A stretch of 59,008 nt of DNA, the filler included, from Streblomastix strix (Eukaryota), in assembly GCA_008636045.1 (NCBI GenBank). It is 3 parts of 3 records of this genome, joined end to end, with 100 filler letters (N's around TTAATTAATTAA, not from the genome) between each part and the next. Parts side by side here need not be neighbours in the genome. Positions count along the whole stretch, not along the records: positions 1 to 19,612 come from SNRW01000501.1; positions 19,713 to 39,323 come from SNRW01000502.1; 1 more part is not named here. The stretch is one strand, 5' to 3'. The notes beneath the pieces are model-generated. The model saw only the letters and a list, made by a program, of their open reading frames with translations, ran no database searches and was not told the origin of the DNA. Each line of letters opens with the position of its first letter. Position 1 is the stretch's first letter. Shown in pieces: positions 12,522-25,212 of the stretch. A program made the position numbers and the translations under genes.

Positions 12522-13931
12522 TCAATGTTCAAACAGAAATTTAAGTATTTAAAAAATTAATTCATGTTTTTTCTGATTATTCTTCGTAGCTCTTAATATT
12601 AAATGGTTGATTATTATTTAAATTTAAATCTTCTACACCACCCTGCCCAATGAGGAAGAGAGCTGAACTCGGTGGTAAACGTGGAGAATGTACTACTGAC
12701 ATTCTCCTAACAGTGCTCTCAATTCTTAAGAATCGAGGAGCGATCTTCTTTTAATCATTTTTATCCTCAGTTTCAGATGAATCATTAACTCTCACTCTGA
12801 GAGTTCTTGTATGTGGTGTACGTGTGAGGAGTAATCGCGTTGTCACACAGCTTGCCCATGCCAAACCAAGTGCAGGTCTGGATTGATCAAATTCTGAGGG
12901 AAGAGGAGCTAATTTGATGAAAAAAATATAATGTTCTTAAAAAATATGATTAGTTCATACCCATATTCATAAGATCATCTTCTTCATCTAGGAGAATTCT
13001 CTCTTAATAAATATCAATCTAATCTTATTTATCCAATTAAGTAGAAGTTTGTTATTCATCTTTACTTTTTTTATCATTCAATTTCGTTTATTCAGTTAAT
13101 TTCTTAAGTTTCTATTCGTAATCAATGGCTATAGAATGATAAAAGAATAGTCTATCATCAGCAAATGTCTCGCTCATGTTTGTTACAACTTAATTTACAA
13201 CTACCACAGCTATTTCGTGTTTATCACTTAATATCTATTAAATAAAAATAAATAATGTTAATAAATAAAATAAATATACTTTCAACTACTCCGCAATTTA
13301 AAATATTACATCAGCTCGATCCTTAATTTCATCTTTACCGAAATCAGAGCGTAAAACTAGAAGAAAATTAATCAAAAATTAAATAAATTATTCAAAAAAA
13401 AAAGAAATAAAATACCAGCAGCTATAGAATCAATAACTATAAGTTTAATTCCAACCTTTATAATTAATAATGGAAGTTCGGTATTAATAATATACAATAG
13501 TTCTTAAGCTGTGCTAGCTTTTTTCAAGTACACATTATCAGCAAGTTCCCAATCCACTGCAAAATTAAAGAAAAATAGTAAATACTTTAAAAGAATATGA
13601 TTGAAATACCTTTAAATTCTTATCTATCAGCAACACCATGGCTTATTTATATGAGTCAAGGAACAGAGATAGCACTCTCACTTCCAATATAACAGGCTGC
13701 TCCATTTAAACCTCCATTTTATTAGTGAAATTGGCATGTGCAACACAACTAAAAGCATAGCTGTGTCTTCCCAACAGCAGATTCTCCAACTATCTCAGTA
13801 ATCCCACGTGAATCAATACCTCCTCGTAGCAGTGCATCAATAGCTTCACAATCGGTCTTTAAAAACGCTCTTCCTCGTCTAATATCCACGGGGCGAATTT
13901 CTGCAATTTCTTGCTTCTAATTTTCTTCCAT
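12522..13931 (-). CDS. XRCC3: RAD51 paralogue XRCC3-like, multi-exon, with an in-frame TGA at 13656-13658
   Basis: IDALLRGGIDSRGITEIVGESAVGKTQLC (Walker A), GGLNGAACYI, IVIDSIA (Walker B), VVNQV, RPALGLAWASCVTTRLLL, RRMSVVHSPRLP. Confidence 0.85.
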
Positions 13932-14140
13932 TTGTGTGATATATAATCTAAAAATTAAATAAATAAGTAAATCATAATTAATTCAAACAATAAAAAATCA
14001 AATTATTGAATTATTACGATCAATAACTGGTATAGAACAAAAATATTTATATTTTAGTGATGGTTGATTATTAAATCTATTACATTATAATTTATCTGTA
14101 TTTGTGTTATTTTCTTCTTATATATTCAATAGATTCAATA

Positions 14141-17100
14141 ATGGATGTACCGTACAGCTTTCCTGGCGCATATTATCCAGGATAACTTGCGCTCATGAAT
14201 GCTATTCATGCCGCTGCGCAGGAAGGCAAACTGGCCTTTCTTGAAAGTCCAACAGGTACAGGAAAGACTTTGAGTTGTCTATGCGCTCTGAGTGAATGGG
14301 TGATCGGTGCAAACTGTGAAAATTAATCTGATGTTCCACAGAAAAGCATTTTATCTCAGACTCCTATTGATGAAATGGTGCTGATGCTATCATAAAGAAA
14401 AATCCTGTAAGATGTATAACGATAAAAAGACCTGAAATCTAGAAGAATCCTAGTGAGAAAAGAAAAAAACATGTTAGAAAGAGAAGAAATCCTTCAAGAA
14501 GAAGAAGAACCCGAACCGAACGATGCTGAGAATCAAGTGATTTATGCAACTCGCACACATGGTTAAATAGACCAAGTTGTTAGAGAAATGAGAAAGATTC
14601 ACAATGCGCGTCCAATCTCACTCAGCATTCTTGCAAGTCGGAGTCAAATGTGTATCAACGAGAGTGTTGTTAATAATGTTTGAAGTATAATAATTTTATT
14701 TTGATCTAATTTATTGCATTAAATTTATTATTTATATAGAGATTATCACAAATTGATGAAGAATGTGCTTATTTGAATAACAGAGGAAATAGAAAAAGTT
14801 TATTTTTTTGCATACAGAAAAACATTTTATAATTTTTTATAATTGTTCTTCTTCACTTTTTTTATTTATACAGATAAATGCCAATTTTACAATATGCGCA
14901 AGGTCAATAGCCTAAGAAACACAATAACAGTATTTATATTATTCTTTTTTATGATTCTATTTAATAATTTTTTACTTTTATAAGAGAGTTTAAATGAACA
15001 TTGAAGATTTATGTATTGAAGGAAAGAGATAAGGTACATTGAAATTCTAATCTTAATAACATTATAAACATATTTTACATTTATTATTGTTATTATTATT
15101 CAGGTGCATGTCCATATTATGCTTCGATGCAGGCATCTGCAAAAACAGACTTCATAATATGTCCATACAATTATATTCTGGACAACGGCATGAAATTATT
15201 CATTATATTCTTTATTTTGATATCTTATTATAATAATAACATTATATATACATCTTAGAAAGTCGTAAGAATACATCCTCCCTTTGGCCATTGGGTTCTT
15301 CATCAGTAATTGTTTTTGACGAAGCTCATAACATTCCTTCATCTGTAGATTAATGTAATTCATCTTAAATAACACTAAGAGAAGTTTGATATAAATTAAG
15401 TGAAGGAAAAACAAATGAATATTTAATAATCATTTTTATTTCATTTGTATTCATTCTTATTATATTCATATCTTTTTCAGTTAATTGCATCACAGGTTGC
15501 ATTTGTAATGGCCAGAGAAAGATTTATAAGGTGAAAGAGTTAAAGGGATATGAATGTTATCAGCAAATTAATGAAATAAAATTAATAATAAAATGCGAAT
15601 ATTCACAAAATTGATATAAATGAATAAAAAAGTGATGATAACAATTTAATATAAAATAAAACGATTGCTAATATAGAAGAATCAACTGTTTTTGATATTT
15701 GTGCTCAATTAACTCAAAAACTTATTGATTTTATCCTCAATCCAACAAATTCAATTTCATTTGGCCTCTAAGCACGTTAATCTTCATCATCATTTTCATC
15801 TCCTAAAATACCATCAAAATAATATGTTGATAATTCATTGGGAGGAATTGAACCAATTAGCGTATTTCTCAGAACAGCTCTTATAGAAGATATGAATCTA
15901 TTTAAGCTATTTGAGTCGTCGTTTGATAATTAATAGTAATAAACATTAAAAGATAATAAAAACCAGATAAAGTCGGTAGATAATTCTGAGAATATTAAGA
16001 ATGTATCTCAATCTGAGTTAGAGTAGAATATATTGAGAAGTGCAACAATAGCTCTTGATTGAGTTAGAAGAATATCCAGAGAAGTAGGAATGAAAAGAGA
16101 ATAAGAAATTGAAGATGATTAATATGATTAAGATGAGATTGATTTTAAATAAGAAAAGAATAGATTAATAAATAATAAAAATAATAATAGCAAATAAGAG
16201 AAAGATTTGGATGAAAATGAAGATATTAATTTAGATAAATTGTTTGATAATTAAGATCACTTAGATGATGATGAAGATGAAATACAATTTGATTAAAAGA
16301 AGAAAAGGAAGAGATAATAAGAAAATGATGAATAATTGAATGAATTATTGAATGATGATTAAGAAGAAGATGATTAAACTGGAAATAAGAGATTGAGATT
16401 GGCCTGTATAGATGAAAATGAGGATGAAATAAACGATGAATAATAAATTGATCAAAAAAATAATATTTCTTCAAAAGAAGAGTCTGATGATGGTAATGAT
16501 ATTATTAAAATTGGTTAAAAATCTCTTGAATCAAAAAAATTGCATACTTCTCCATTAAATACTGTAGTTGAATAAATAATATAATCTCCTAAAGAAGATC
16601 AGAATTCGCATCCTCTTAATCTTCCTTCATAAATGTCTTAATTTGCACAATTGCATCCACTTCCACACAACTCACCTCGTTCATTTATGAGATTTATTTC
16701 ATCTCTTAGATCTGGGAATGAAGAAGGATATGTTGTTGCTAAGTGGATAAAAAGGATAATGAAGGGGAAAGAAATGTTGGATGGAAAGAATGAGAAATAG
16801 GAAGGATAGGATAATAAGAAGAAATAATTGGAGAATTTTAGATCTAATGAAATTATTAATCTTGATTTAGACGATGATAATAATAACTAAAATTAAAAAT
16901 GTGAAAAAGAAGGATAATTTATTCAATAATCTTCCTATATAAATGCAATCGATGAAACTGCGAGAAGAACTGAAGAATCTCTTCTCGATCTTGATAACAC
17001 TTTACTCTAATTTGCAGTTGTTGATACAGCATCTAGATTTAAAGAACTTCTTAATGCAAGAGCTATCATTTTCATTGGAGGAACGATTTCACCTGTATGT

Positions 17101-18744
17101 TTATTTTTATTGGTAATTTAACTTTATTTTTTTATTATCTTTTAATAATATTTAAATATTAAAGGTGATGTCTCTTGCACTCCAGTTACTTCCACCTGAA
17201 TACATTCCATCAACTTCTAATAAATCTCCAGTCGTTTCTTATAAATAATAATCTCTCACACAAATTAATTAGTCAGTTGAGATAACAAATAATAGCAAAA
17301 TATTATAACCATCTATTTCTTAAACATAAATTCTCTCAAAATCAATGAGATTCACATCTCAAATATTTGATCATGTTCTTAAGAAAGACCATTTCAAAGC
17401 ATTAATCATCTCAACTTACTCACCTTTTATTCCTTCTTCTTCGTTCTATTAATCATCTTCATTAGGAAATAAATAACATTAACTTGATCAAAGACCTATT
17501 AAGTAATTTGTATGTTTATATTCTTAATTTATTTTATAAATTCATTCACTATTACTCCACATCAGATTTTCACACTTGAGAATCGGTAGAATCAAGAGCA
17601 AGCATAATATCTTTGGTAATTAATCTACAATGCAGCATCACAAATACCAGATGGAATTATTGTCTTCTTTTCTTCTTATGCTCTTATGGACAGTATGAAC
17701 CAAAATTTTAATTAATTATTCTTATTTCTTCTTTAGATATACTCGATAATTGGCGTAGAAAGGAATAAGACTAAATAAATAAAACTATTAAACCATCTAA
17801 ATTAGATTCATTGAACAGAATTAAGAGAGTTTTTATTGAAGAAAGAGGGAAAGGAGCGAATGTCAATAATCTGATACAAGATTATAAATAAGAAATAGAC
17901 AGTTCATGGAAATACACAGATAAAGATGGAATACAAATTGTATCCTTATTTTGTTAAGATATTTTAATGCCTCTTATATCTCATATTTTTATCTTAGAAT
18001 AGTGGACATAATGGAGCAATGCTTCTTTGTGTTACTGGAGGAAAATTGAGTGAAGGAATAAACTTTCCTGATGGTTATGCGAGGTTAATAAATTGTGAAT
18101 ATGTAGATAATTCCATTGAATAATTAATTAATATATTATTTATTATATGCAGAGCTGTATTTATAGTTGGACTGCCATTTGCAAATAGATTTGATCCAAT
18201 ACTCAAAGCAAGACTAAATTTTTGTGCAGTAAAACATGGTAAACAAATGGCAGGTATTGAATTATTTGTGAATCATAGTAATTAAATTTAATATAATTAC
18301 AATTCTAATTTTATGCTTTTTTTATGCTAATCTTTTAAGATTAATTATATGAAGATATGTGCATTCGCACAGTAAATCAAGCTGTTGGTATGTGTTTTAA
18401 TTTTTCACATTAAAAAATGATTATCGGTATATTTTTTCTTCACTTTCAAGGTCGTTGTATAAGACACAGCTAAGATTATGGAGCTGCTATCCTTGTTGAT
18501 GCAAGATATTCATAAGTTTGCAACATAATTAACCAATTTTATTATTTTTTATTATTTTTAATTATTGAAGGATAATATGAAGAAAAAATTACCTAATTGG
18601 GTAAAGGAATCACTTGTAATGTTGGTTGAATCACAGAAAATTGGATAAGAAATGAGGATTTTCTTCAAGCAATTTGAGAAAGAATAGCTTGAAGCTATGA
18701 TCAAGCGACATGTGCTATCAGACGAAAAATAAAATTCAACTTGA
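14141..18744 (+). CDS. DDX11: XPD-family Fe-S DNA helicase DDX11/Chl1, multi-exon, with in-frame TGAs at 15532-15534 and 16060-16062
   Basis: LESPTGTGKTLS, VIYATRTHGQ, ILASRSQMCIN, ACPYY, VFDEAHN, GGTISP, PDGIIVFFSSY, GGKLSEGINF, GLPFAN, VNQAVGRCIRHSQDYG, KLPNW. All motifs splice in frame; ends at TGA 18742-18744. Confidence 0.88.
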
Positions 18745-19383
18745 AGACGGAAAATACTGCGTCATATTATGTAACCAATATAAAATATTGTCAGTATGTA
18801 AAAAACAATCATTTGTTGATGGAAAGAGTAACCTTGACTTTTTGTTTTTTCGGCGCCATAGTTTGTTTGCTCCGAAGTTTTTTTAGCTGTTTACGCTCTC
18901 TCAAACATTCTCCAGCTTGACATATCAATATTTGGGTGGATATATTAATTAATTTTAATTGAAACGCACATTATTGAATACAGAAAATCGAGCAAACATT
19001 CAATCGCGTTTATCCTGCGCATTATCAATACATTCAAAGTACAAATATTCTACACTGCTATATGAATAAGATTTACATTGATTTACTAAGACTATTTGCT
19101 TATTATTCTTTGTTGTCAGTTAATATTGCCAACTTTTTACAATTTTGAAACAAGAATGCACTCTGCATGGAAATGACATTATATTAACTATCCTAATACA
19201 TTTTTTCATTTCCAAATAACGTCGTTTCATTCATATTATTATTGACAATTATAATATGACTCGAGATGAATTATCCATCATATATTATTGAGTCCTCTTT
19301 TTCTAATGAAACTTTCTTTATATTTATTTTATTTTTTGTTTATTTGTTATCAAATTAGGTGGTATAGCTACATTTTCATTGTG

Positions 19384-19612
19384 ATGGAAACTATAAACAC
19401 AAAGCGACTAAAATTAAAGTCGGAACAAGATAAAAAGCTTAATGAAAATGTTAAGAAGTGGATTTAGACGAACTTGAGCAAAGATGTTGATGTACCAGAA
19501 GGCCTGCGTGATGGAGTTGCAATTATTGAAGCCCTTAACCATTTGAAGCCCGGATCTATTGAAAAATATGAAAAAACGCCAAAGAACATTTTCTCCAAAG
19601 CAACTAATATCA
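19384..19612 (+). CDS. Calponin-homology (calponin/transgelin-like) domain protein, 5' part, truncated by the contig end
   Basis: VKKWIQ...EGLRDGVAIIEALNHLKPGSIEK...FSKATNI matches the CH-domain 'L.DGV.L..L.N.L.PG.I' motif. Confidence 0.75.
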
Positions 19613-19712
19613 NNNNNNNNNNNNNNNNNNNNNNNNNNNNNNNNNNNNNNNNNNNNTTAATTAATTAANNNNNNNNNNNNNNNNNNNNNNNNNNNNNNNN
19701 NNNNNNNNNNNN
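19613..19712. other. Artificial contig-joining linker
   Basis: 44 N + TTAATTAATTAA (19657-19668) + 44 N, a six-frame TAA stop linker. Confidence 0.97.
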
Positions 19713-20226
19713 ATCGAACATGATCAGAAGTTTGAATGCATCTTCAACTTTGTATTGTTCAAGAAGAATATGTTAATGATTCTGATTAAAGAGATTTTGA
19801 CTCGAATGAAAACTCTGATTCAAATGAAGAAGCTTAATATGATGATGATTCTGATTGAATTGAATTGTAACTACAATAAACAACTTGAGTTTCACTAAAA
19901 AATAATCTTGCAATATTATTGATTTAAGTTACATGATATTTTTTCTTTCAATTAATTAACCAATAATTAAACATAAAACTTTATAATAAACCACAAATAA
20001 ACTTTTGAAATCTTATCAAAATAAATCACGCATAGCGCCTGAGCTATAGAATATAGATCATTTTAAATTATTAAATTTCATATAACATAATTATAACAAA
20101 ACATTTAGCATACATTTACATATTAATTAATTTATTTATGGTTGTAAATTTAGTTTTTCTTTTTATTTTATATTTTTCTTATTTTATCCTGATTTTAATA
20201 GTAGTTAACTAAAAAAAGTTAATTTT

Positions 20227-22829
20227 ATGTCAATAAAATATTATATCCGCTCATTAGTCTCTTGTGCAGAAGACTTTGAACCATTTCTTGGGGTGATGTG
20301 TGGTGTGAAATTATTTTTATTTTTGCAATATCGATTTTACTCTTCATTCTTAGCCCCATTTTAGCGAAAAATAGAACCAGCAGGAATTGCTTATGAGAAA
20401 ACATATGGCAGACTTGTAGATGTTGATGATAATTAAGCCGCTGATGAAGCAAACAACTTCAAATCAAAAGCACAGAAAAGGAGAGAAAGAGCTGCCGAAG
20501 AATAAAAGAAAAAAACTTAGTAAAATAATGATGCTGACAGTAAAGGAGCTTCAGGCAACTCAAATGCAAGTCGTGTTGCAAAACTTGCCAAAGAATGCAG
20601 AAATCTCTATGAAGTCCTTGACCTAGAAGAAATAGGAGAGATGGCAGCACCAGATGACATAAAGAAATCATATCGAAAATTAGCACTAAAATATCACCCA
20701 GATAAAAACACGAAAGACTCAGGGTTCACTGATGCACAACTTGCAGAGCGCTTCCGAGAAGTTCAAGAAGCTTATGAAGTTCTGATGGATCCATTTCAGA
20801 AGAGATAATACGATTCAATGCTTCCCTTTGATGATAGAATCCCAAATGACAGAATTGTTATCGAGAAAGTAATACCTGTATGGCCTTAGATTGATATAGA
20901 TGTTGTATTATAGAATGAAGGAAAAGGTAAAGGGAAATAAAAGAAGGCGAAGAAAATCGATCTTTTGTTGGAACAGCACAATTATTCCAAGTTTGAACAA
21001 CAATGGACAGAATTTGAGCAAATCTTTGCACCTGTCTTCAAACGCAATGCAAAATGGTCCCTTAACAAACCTACCCTCCTTCTTGGTGGTCTTGGATCCA
21101 ACAAAGACGATATTTCCTCCTTCTACAAGTAATGGAGCAATTTCAGGTCCTGGCGTGAATTCCCATCAGAAGATGAGCTCAATGTATCTGATGCAGAATC
21201 CAGAGAAGAAAGAAGGTGGATGGAAAGAGAGAACGCGAAGATGAAACAGAATACTCGAAATGAGGAGCTCAAAAGGATCAGTAAACTGACTGAATTGGCT
21301 CAGAGATATGATCCAAGGCTCAGATGGTTGAGAGAAGAAGAGGATATTAACAGAGTCAGGGAATAGAATGATTATAATGAGAGGAAGAGATTGGAAGATG
21401 AGAAGATTCATGCTGCAAGAGTGGCTGCTGCTGAAGAAAAGAGGATTAATGAAGAGAAGGAACGCATTGAAAGAGAATAGAACAAGGTTGCATCTAAGAA
21501 ATCACGAGGAAGGGTTAAATCATCTTTTGTTTAATTGATCAAAGAATTGAATTCTCGAGATTCACTTCCAAAAGATGAAGATGGGAATAGTGAAAAGATT
21601 AGGAGAATTATTTATTGTTACTAAACATGGGATTTGGAGGATGAACATATATCATCTCGTATATCAGAATATCTAAATTCAATTACTTTAGAAGAGCTTT
21701 AATAACATGAGAAAGGTCTTGATATTAATTTAAAAGCAGTAAAATAAATTCCAATTTCTGCTTTATAAACACCAGATAGTCAGAATATTATTAAATCTGC
21801 CTAAGAATCTGCTGTAAACTTTACTTCAAACACAGAAAAGCATCATTTCAATATCGGTGAGCCAATTCCTGATACTTCTGATGAACAAAAGAATATTTCA
21901 GATGCAAAGAAAGAATCTAATCAATATGATCAAGAATAGAAACAAAACTAAATTTAATCAACAGAATGGTCAGTAGAAGAGATAACTTCTCTTATTGCAG
22001 CAATAAAGAGATTCCCACCTGGACTCCGCAACAGATGGACCAAGATTTCTGAACAGACAAAAAGAACAGAAGAAGAATGCATCTCTAAATCTCACAACTT
22101 GCATCAATCTGGAGGAAAACTCTCGACTGAAGCTTCAATACAACAATTTATTATTGAGAGACAAAGGCACATAAACAGAATAGAAGCGAGTGCAGGAATA
22201 GATAATACAAATGTAGATTAAGGATCATCACAAAATGTGCCAAATGTGAATATAAAAGGAGCAACTGGATTTATTCCATTTCAACACATACCTTTGTAAG
22301 CATATAATTTATAATCTAAGGATTCATAAAAACAATAATAATAATAACCATAAACTAAATAAAAAGAATAGCAAACTAAGTAGTAATAATAATAATAAAT
22401 AAAAGAGATTTCATCAACAAAGAATACTGACACAAAAATAACTTCAAATCCATAATAATCTCAAACTCCACAAATTTCACCTTCACTTCAATCAAAGGAA
22501 ACAGAACACAAATAATCAAATAATGAAACATCTGCATCTTCAGAATAGTAATAATTGAATTCTTCACTTAGTTGGTCTGTTGAGGAATAGAAACGATTGG
22601 AAGAGGGACTGCGAACATATCCAAATTCTTTAGGCAAAGAAAGGTCTGATTTTATCTTTATCTATTAATTTAATTTTTATGTTTATTTATACCGATTAGA
22701 TGGACTAAAATTGCTGAAATGGTCAAATCTAAGACAAAGAAAGAGTGCATTGAGAGATTCAAAGAGTTGGCAAACATTGTCAAAGCTGGTTAAACACCAG
22801 ATAATGGATCGGTAAAAACTCAAAATTGA
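20227..22829 (+). CDS. DNAJC2: Zuotin/MPP11-type ribosome-associated J-protein with two SANT/Myb domains
   Basis: RKIEPAG, J-domain NLYEVL...[31 protein letters not shown]...[28 protein letters not shown]...FPPGTRNRW and [17 protein letters not shown]. Two introns. Confidence 0.9.
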
Positions 22830-23280
22830 AAATTGAGGATTATTTTTATTTACTTTTTTACATTTGTATCATTTCACAAAAATCTAACGATAAAAATAAA
22901 GAGGGGGAAAAAATTAATAGATTTACATTTCAAGACTATCCTTTAAACTATTTATTATTATCAATAGTGGAAATGATGGGCGCATTCGTGAGTAAACTTG
23001 TGACTGTGAGATCAAAATTGATACTAAATAAAGATTTCCGAAGTAAAAAATTAAATAACCTTTGTTCCCCTCATAACTAAACAAAGATAATAAATATATC
23101 ACGATATTATCATACGTTAAAAGCCAATTAATATGCAGCAGGAGAATGCCAGCTGCAATATAAATTATGGGGTTAAAAATATGTGAGAGAATATATGAAT
23201 CAATATTTCATAATCAATGCCATAGTATTTTTTCATATATTATATCCTTTTTCAATCTCTTTCTCTTTCTCACTTTATTT

Positions 23281-25181
23281 TCATATTTCATTCAAAGAAT
23301 TTTTCAATGCCAATTAGAATTATTCTTCTTCAGTTAGACCTACTTATTGATATTAGCTTATATCTGGAGTAATCACTCTCGATTATCTATTATCATTCTA
23401 ATTCTAATTCTAATTATAATTTGCACCTCTTCCTCGAATAGATAAATCATCTTATGGAATTTCACCTCCATTCATATGATAATTTCCATTTGAATCGGCA
23501 TTGGATTAATTCTATTAATTTCCTTATTTAATTTCAGGTCTATTGGAATTAGCATTGTGATTTTCATTCATCATTTATGTTCTTTATTCTTATTGATGCA
23601 AAGTAAGTGGAAACGTATTAGAATTTATTTAAGTTTCTTATCTTCTTAATTCTTCAATTTATTATTAACTCATTTTTTAATCAGCTATTGACATTTATAA
23701 TGCTTTTTATAATTCATCTTATTCATCATCATTTTCATTAATATCTGCATTTTCTCTAAAGTCGGAAGTAGGTCCAACTCTTTCATCTCGATTATTGGAA
23801 GGTATTAAATTTCTTAATCTTCTTTCCAAATTTTCATCTTCAGTTTCATTGCCACTTTTAGTATCTTCTGGTATTGTTTCAAGTTGTGAGGATTATCCTT
23901 TAATAAGTTTATTTAAATCTGAGTTAAATTTTGGTTTTCCCATCTGATTAAGCTGATCTTTCAATTATTAATATACATCTTTTGGGATTTCGTTTTATTG
24001 ATTATTAATTTAATTCTGACATTATGATTATGGTAAAGAGCTTATATCAACTAATTAAATCATATTTATTTTATCTTTTCCACTATAATTATTATCACAG
24101 ACATTTAATGGACGAATATCATTTTCATCAGCATTTGAAATACGAGTTGACTGATGGTAATTTTCTAATCCTTTTATTGATCGATTCCTTCCATCTATCA
24201 GTCTAGAATAACCATTATTATTACTTCTATTAGCATCATATAAAGCAATCTCCATTGATTCATTGGAATTTGATGATCTGGGTCCAGAACCATCTTCAAT
24301 ACCACTATCATTAGAATATTATCTATTTTATATTTCTCCTGCAACTTATGATGGAATTCTAATAGGATACTATAATGCCTTATTTCCTGGTTCTGTTAAT
24401 ATATCATTAATTGATGAATCAGTTTATTGCAAAGGAGATGGGCGCATTGGTGTATGAGAAGATGAAGAAGATGATTATGAAGGAAATGATGGATATATTT
24501 TATTTCTCCTTCCTTCAATCTTTTTCCCATAGTCACTGAAACTTTAGTTTAATTAAAGTGATTTTGTGAATTTATCTGTGTATTATAATGTAAATAAAGA
24601 ATTGTTCTCACTGTATTCATTATCCAATCCAATCTCTCTCAAATCTCCCAATTAAAACATATCAAAGTCTTCTTTCAATTGAAATGGGAGATCTTTCTCT
24701 TTAACTATATATCTTGGATTGACTGGTGGATAAATCTAATTTGGTTAATTCTAAGATTATGAATGTGTATGTGATTGAGTATTAAGTTAAGGAGGGTGAA
24801 TGTGTATATTTGAATTATATGATGATGCATTTGGATTGGGATGTGAGGCTGAAGGTGTGAATTATGAAGGTTTGTGGAAAATTTGGATATTTTTATTTTA
24901 TTAAGATGAGGATTATTAAGATTAATTTATATTGCATAATGGATTTAATGTCCATTTTGCCTCTTAATTTTCGGTTTAAGTTTTATTTTCTTTATTTTTA
25001 ATATTTTTATTTGTATCTGTTTGATTAGATGAAGAAGAATGTTCATCATCAGGACTCAATTCAAGTTCAGAATCTGAAACATCATTTGCTTCTGTATTTA
25101 TTGCATTTACATTGTTTGAATTTGATGTGATTATTGTTTGTGGTGGTGAATAAGATGTTGATGATGATGTTGAAGAAGAAG

Positions 25182-25212
<31 letters not shown>

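Noticed and set aside
18760..19030. Relatively GC-rich segment after DDX11, possibly a small minus-strand gene or ncRNA
   Set aside because: No supportable start, splice structure or RNA fold was identified by eye.
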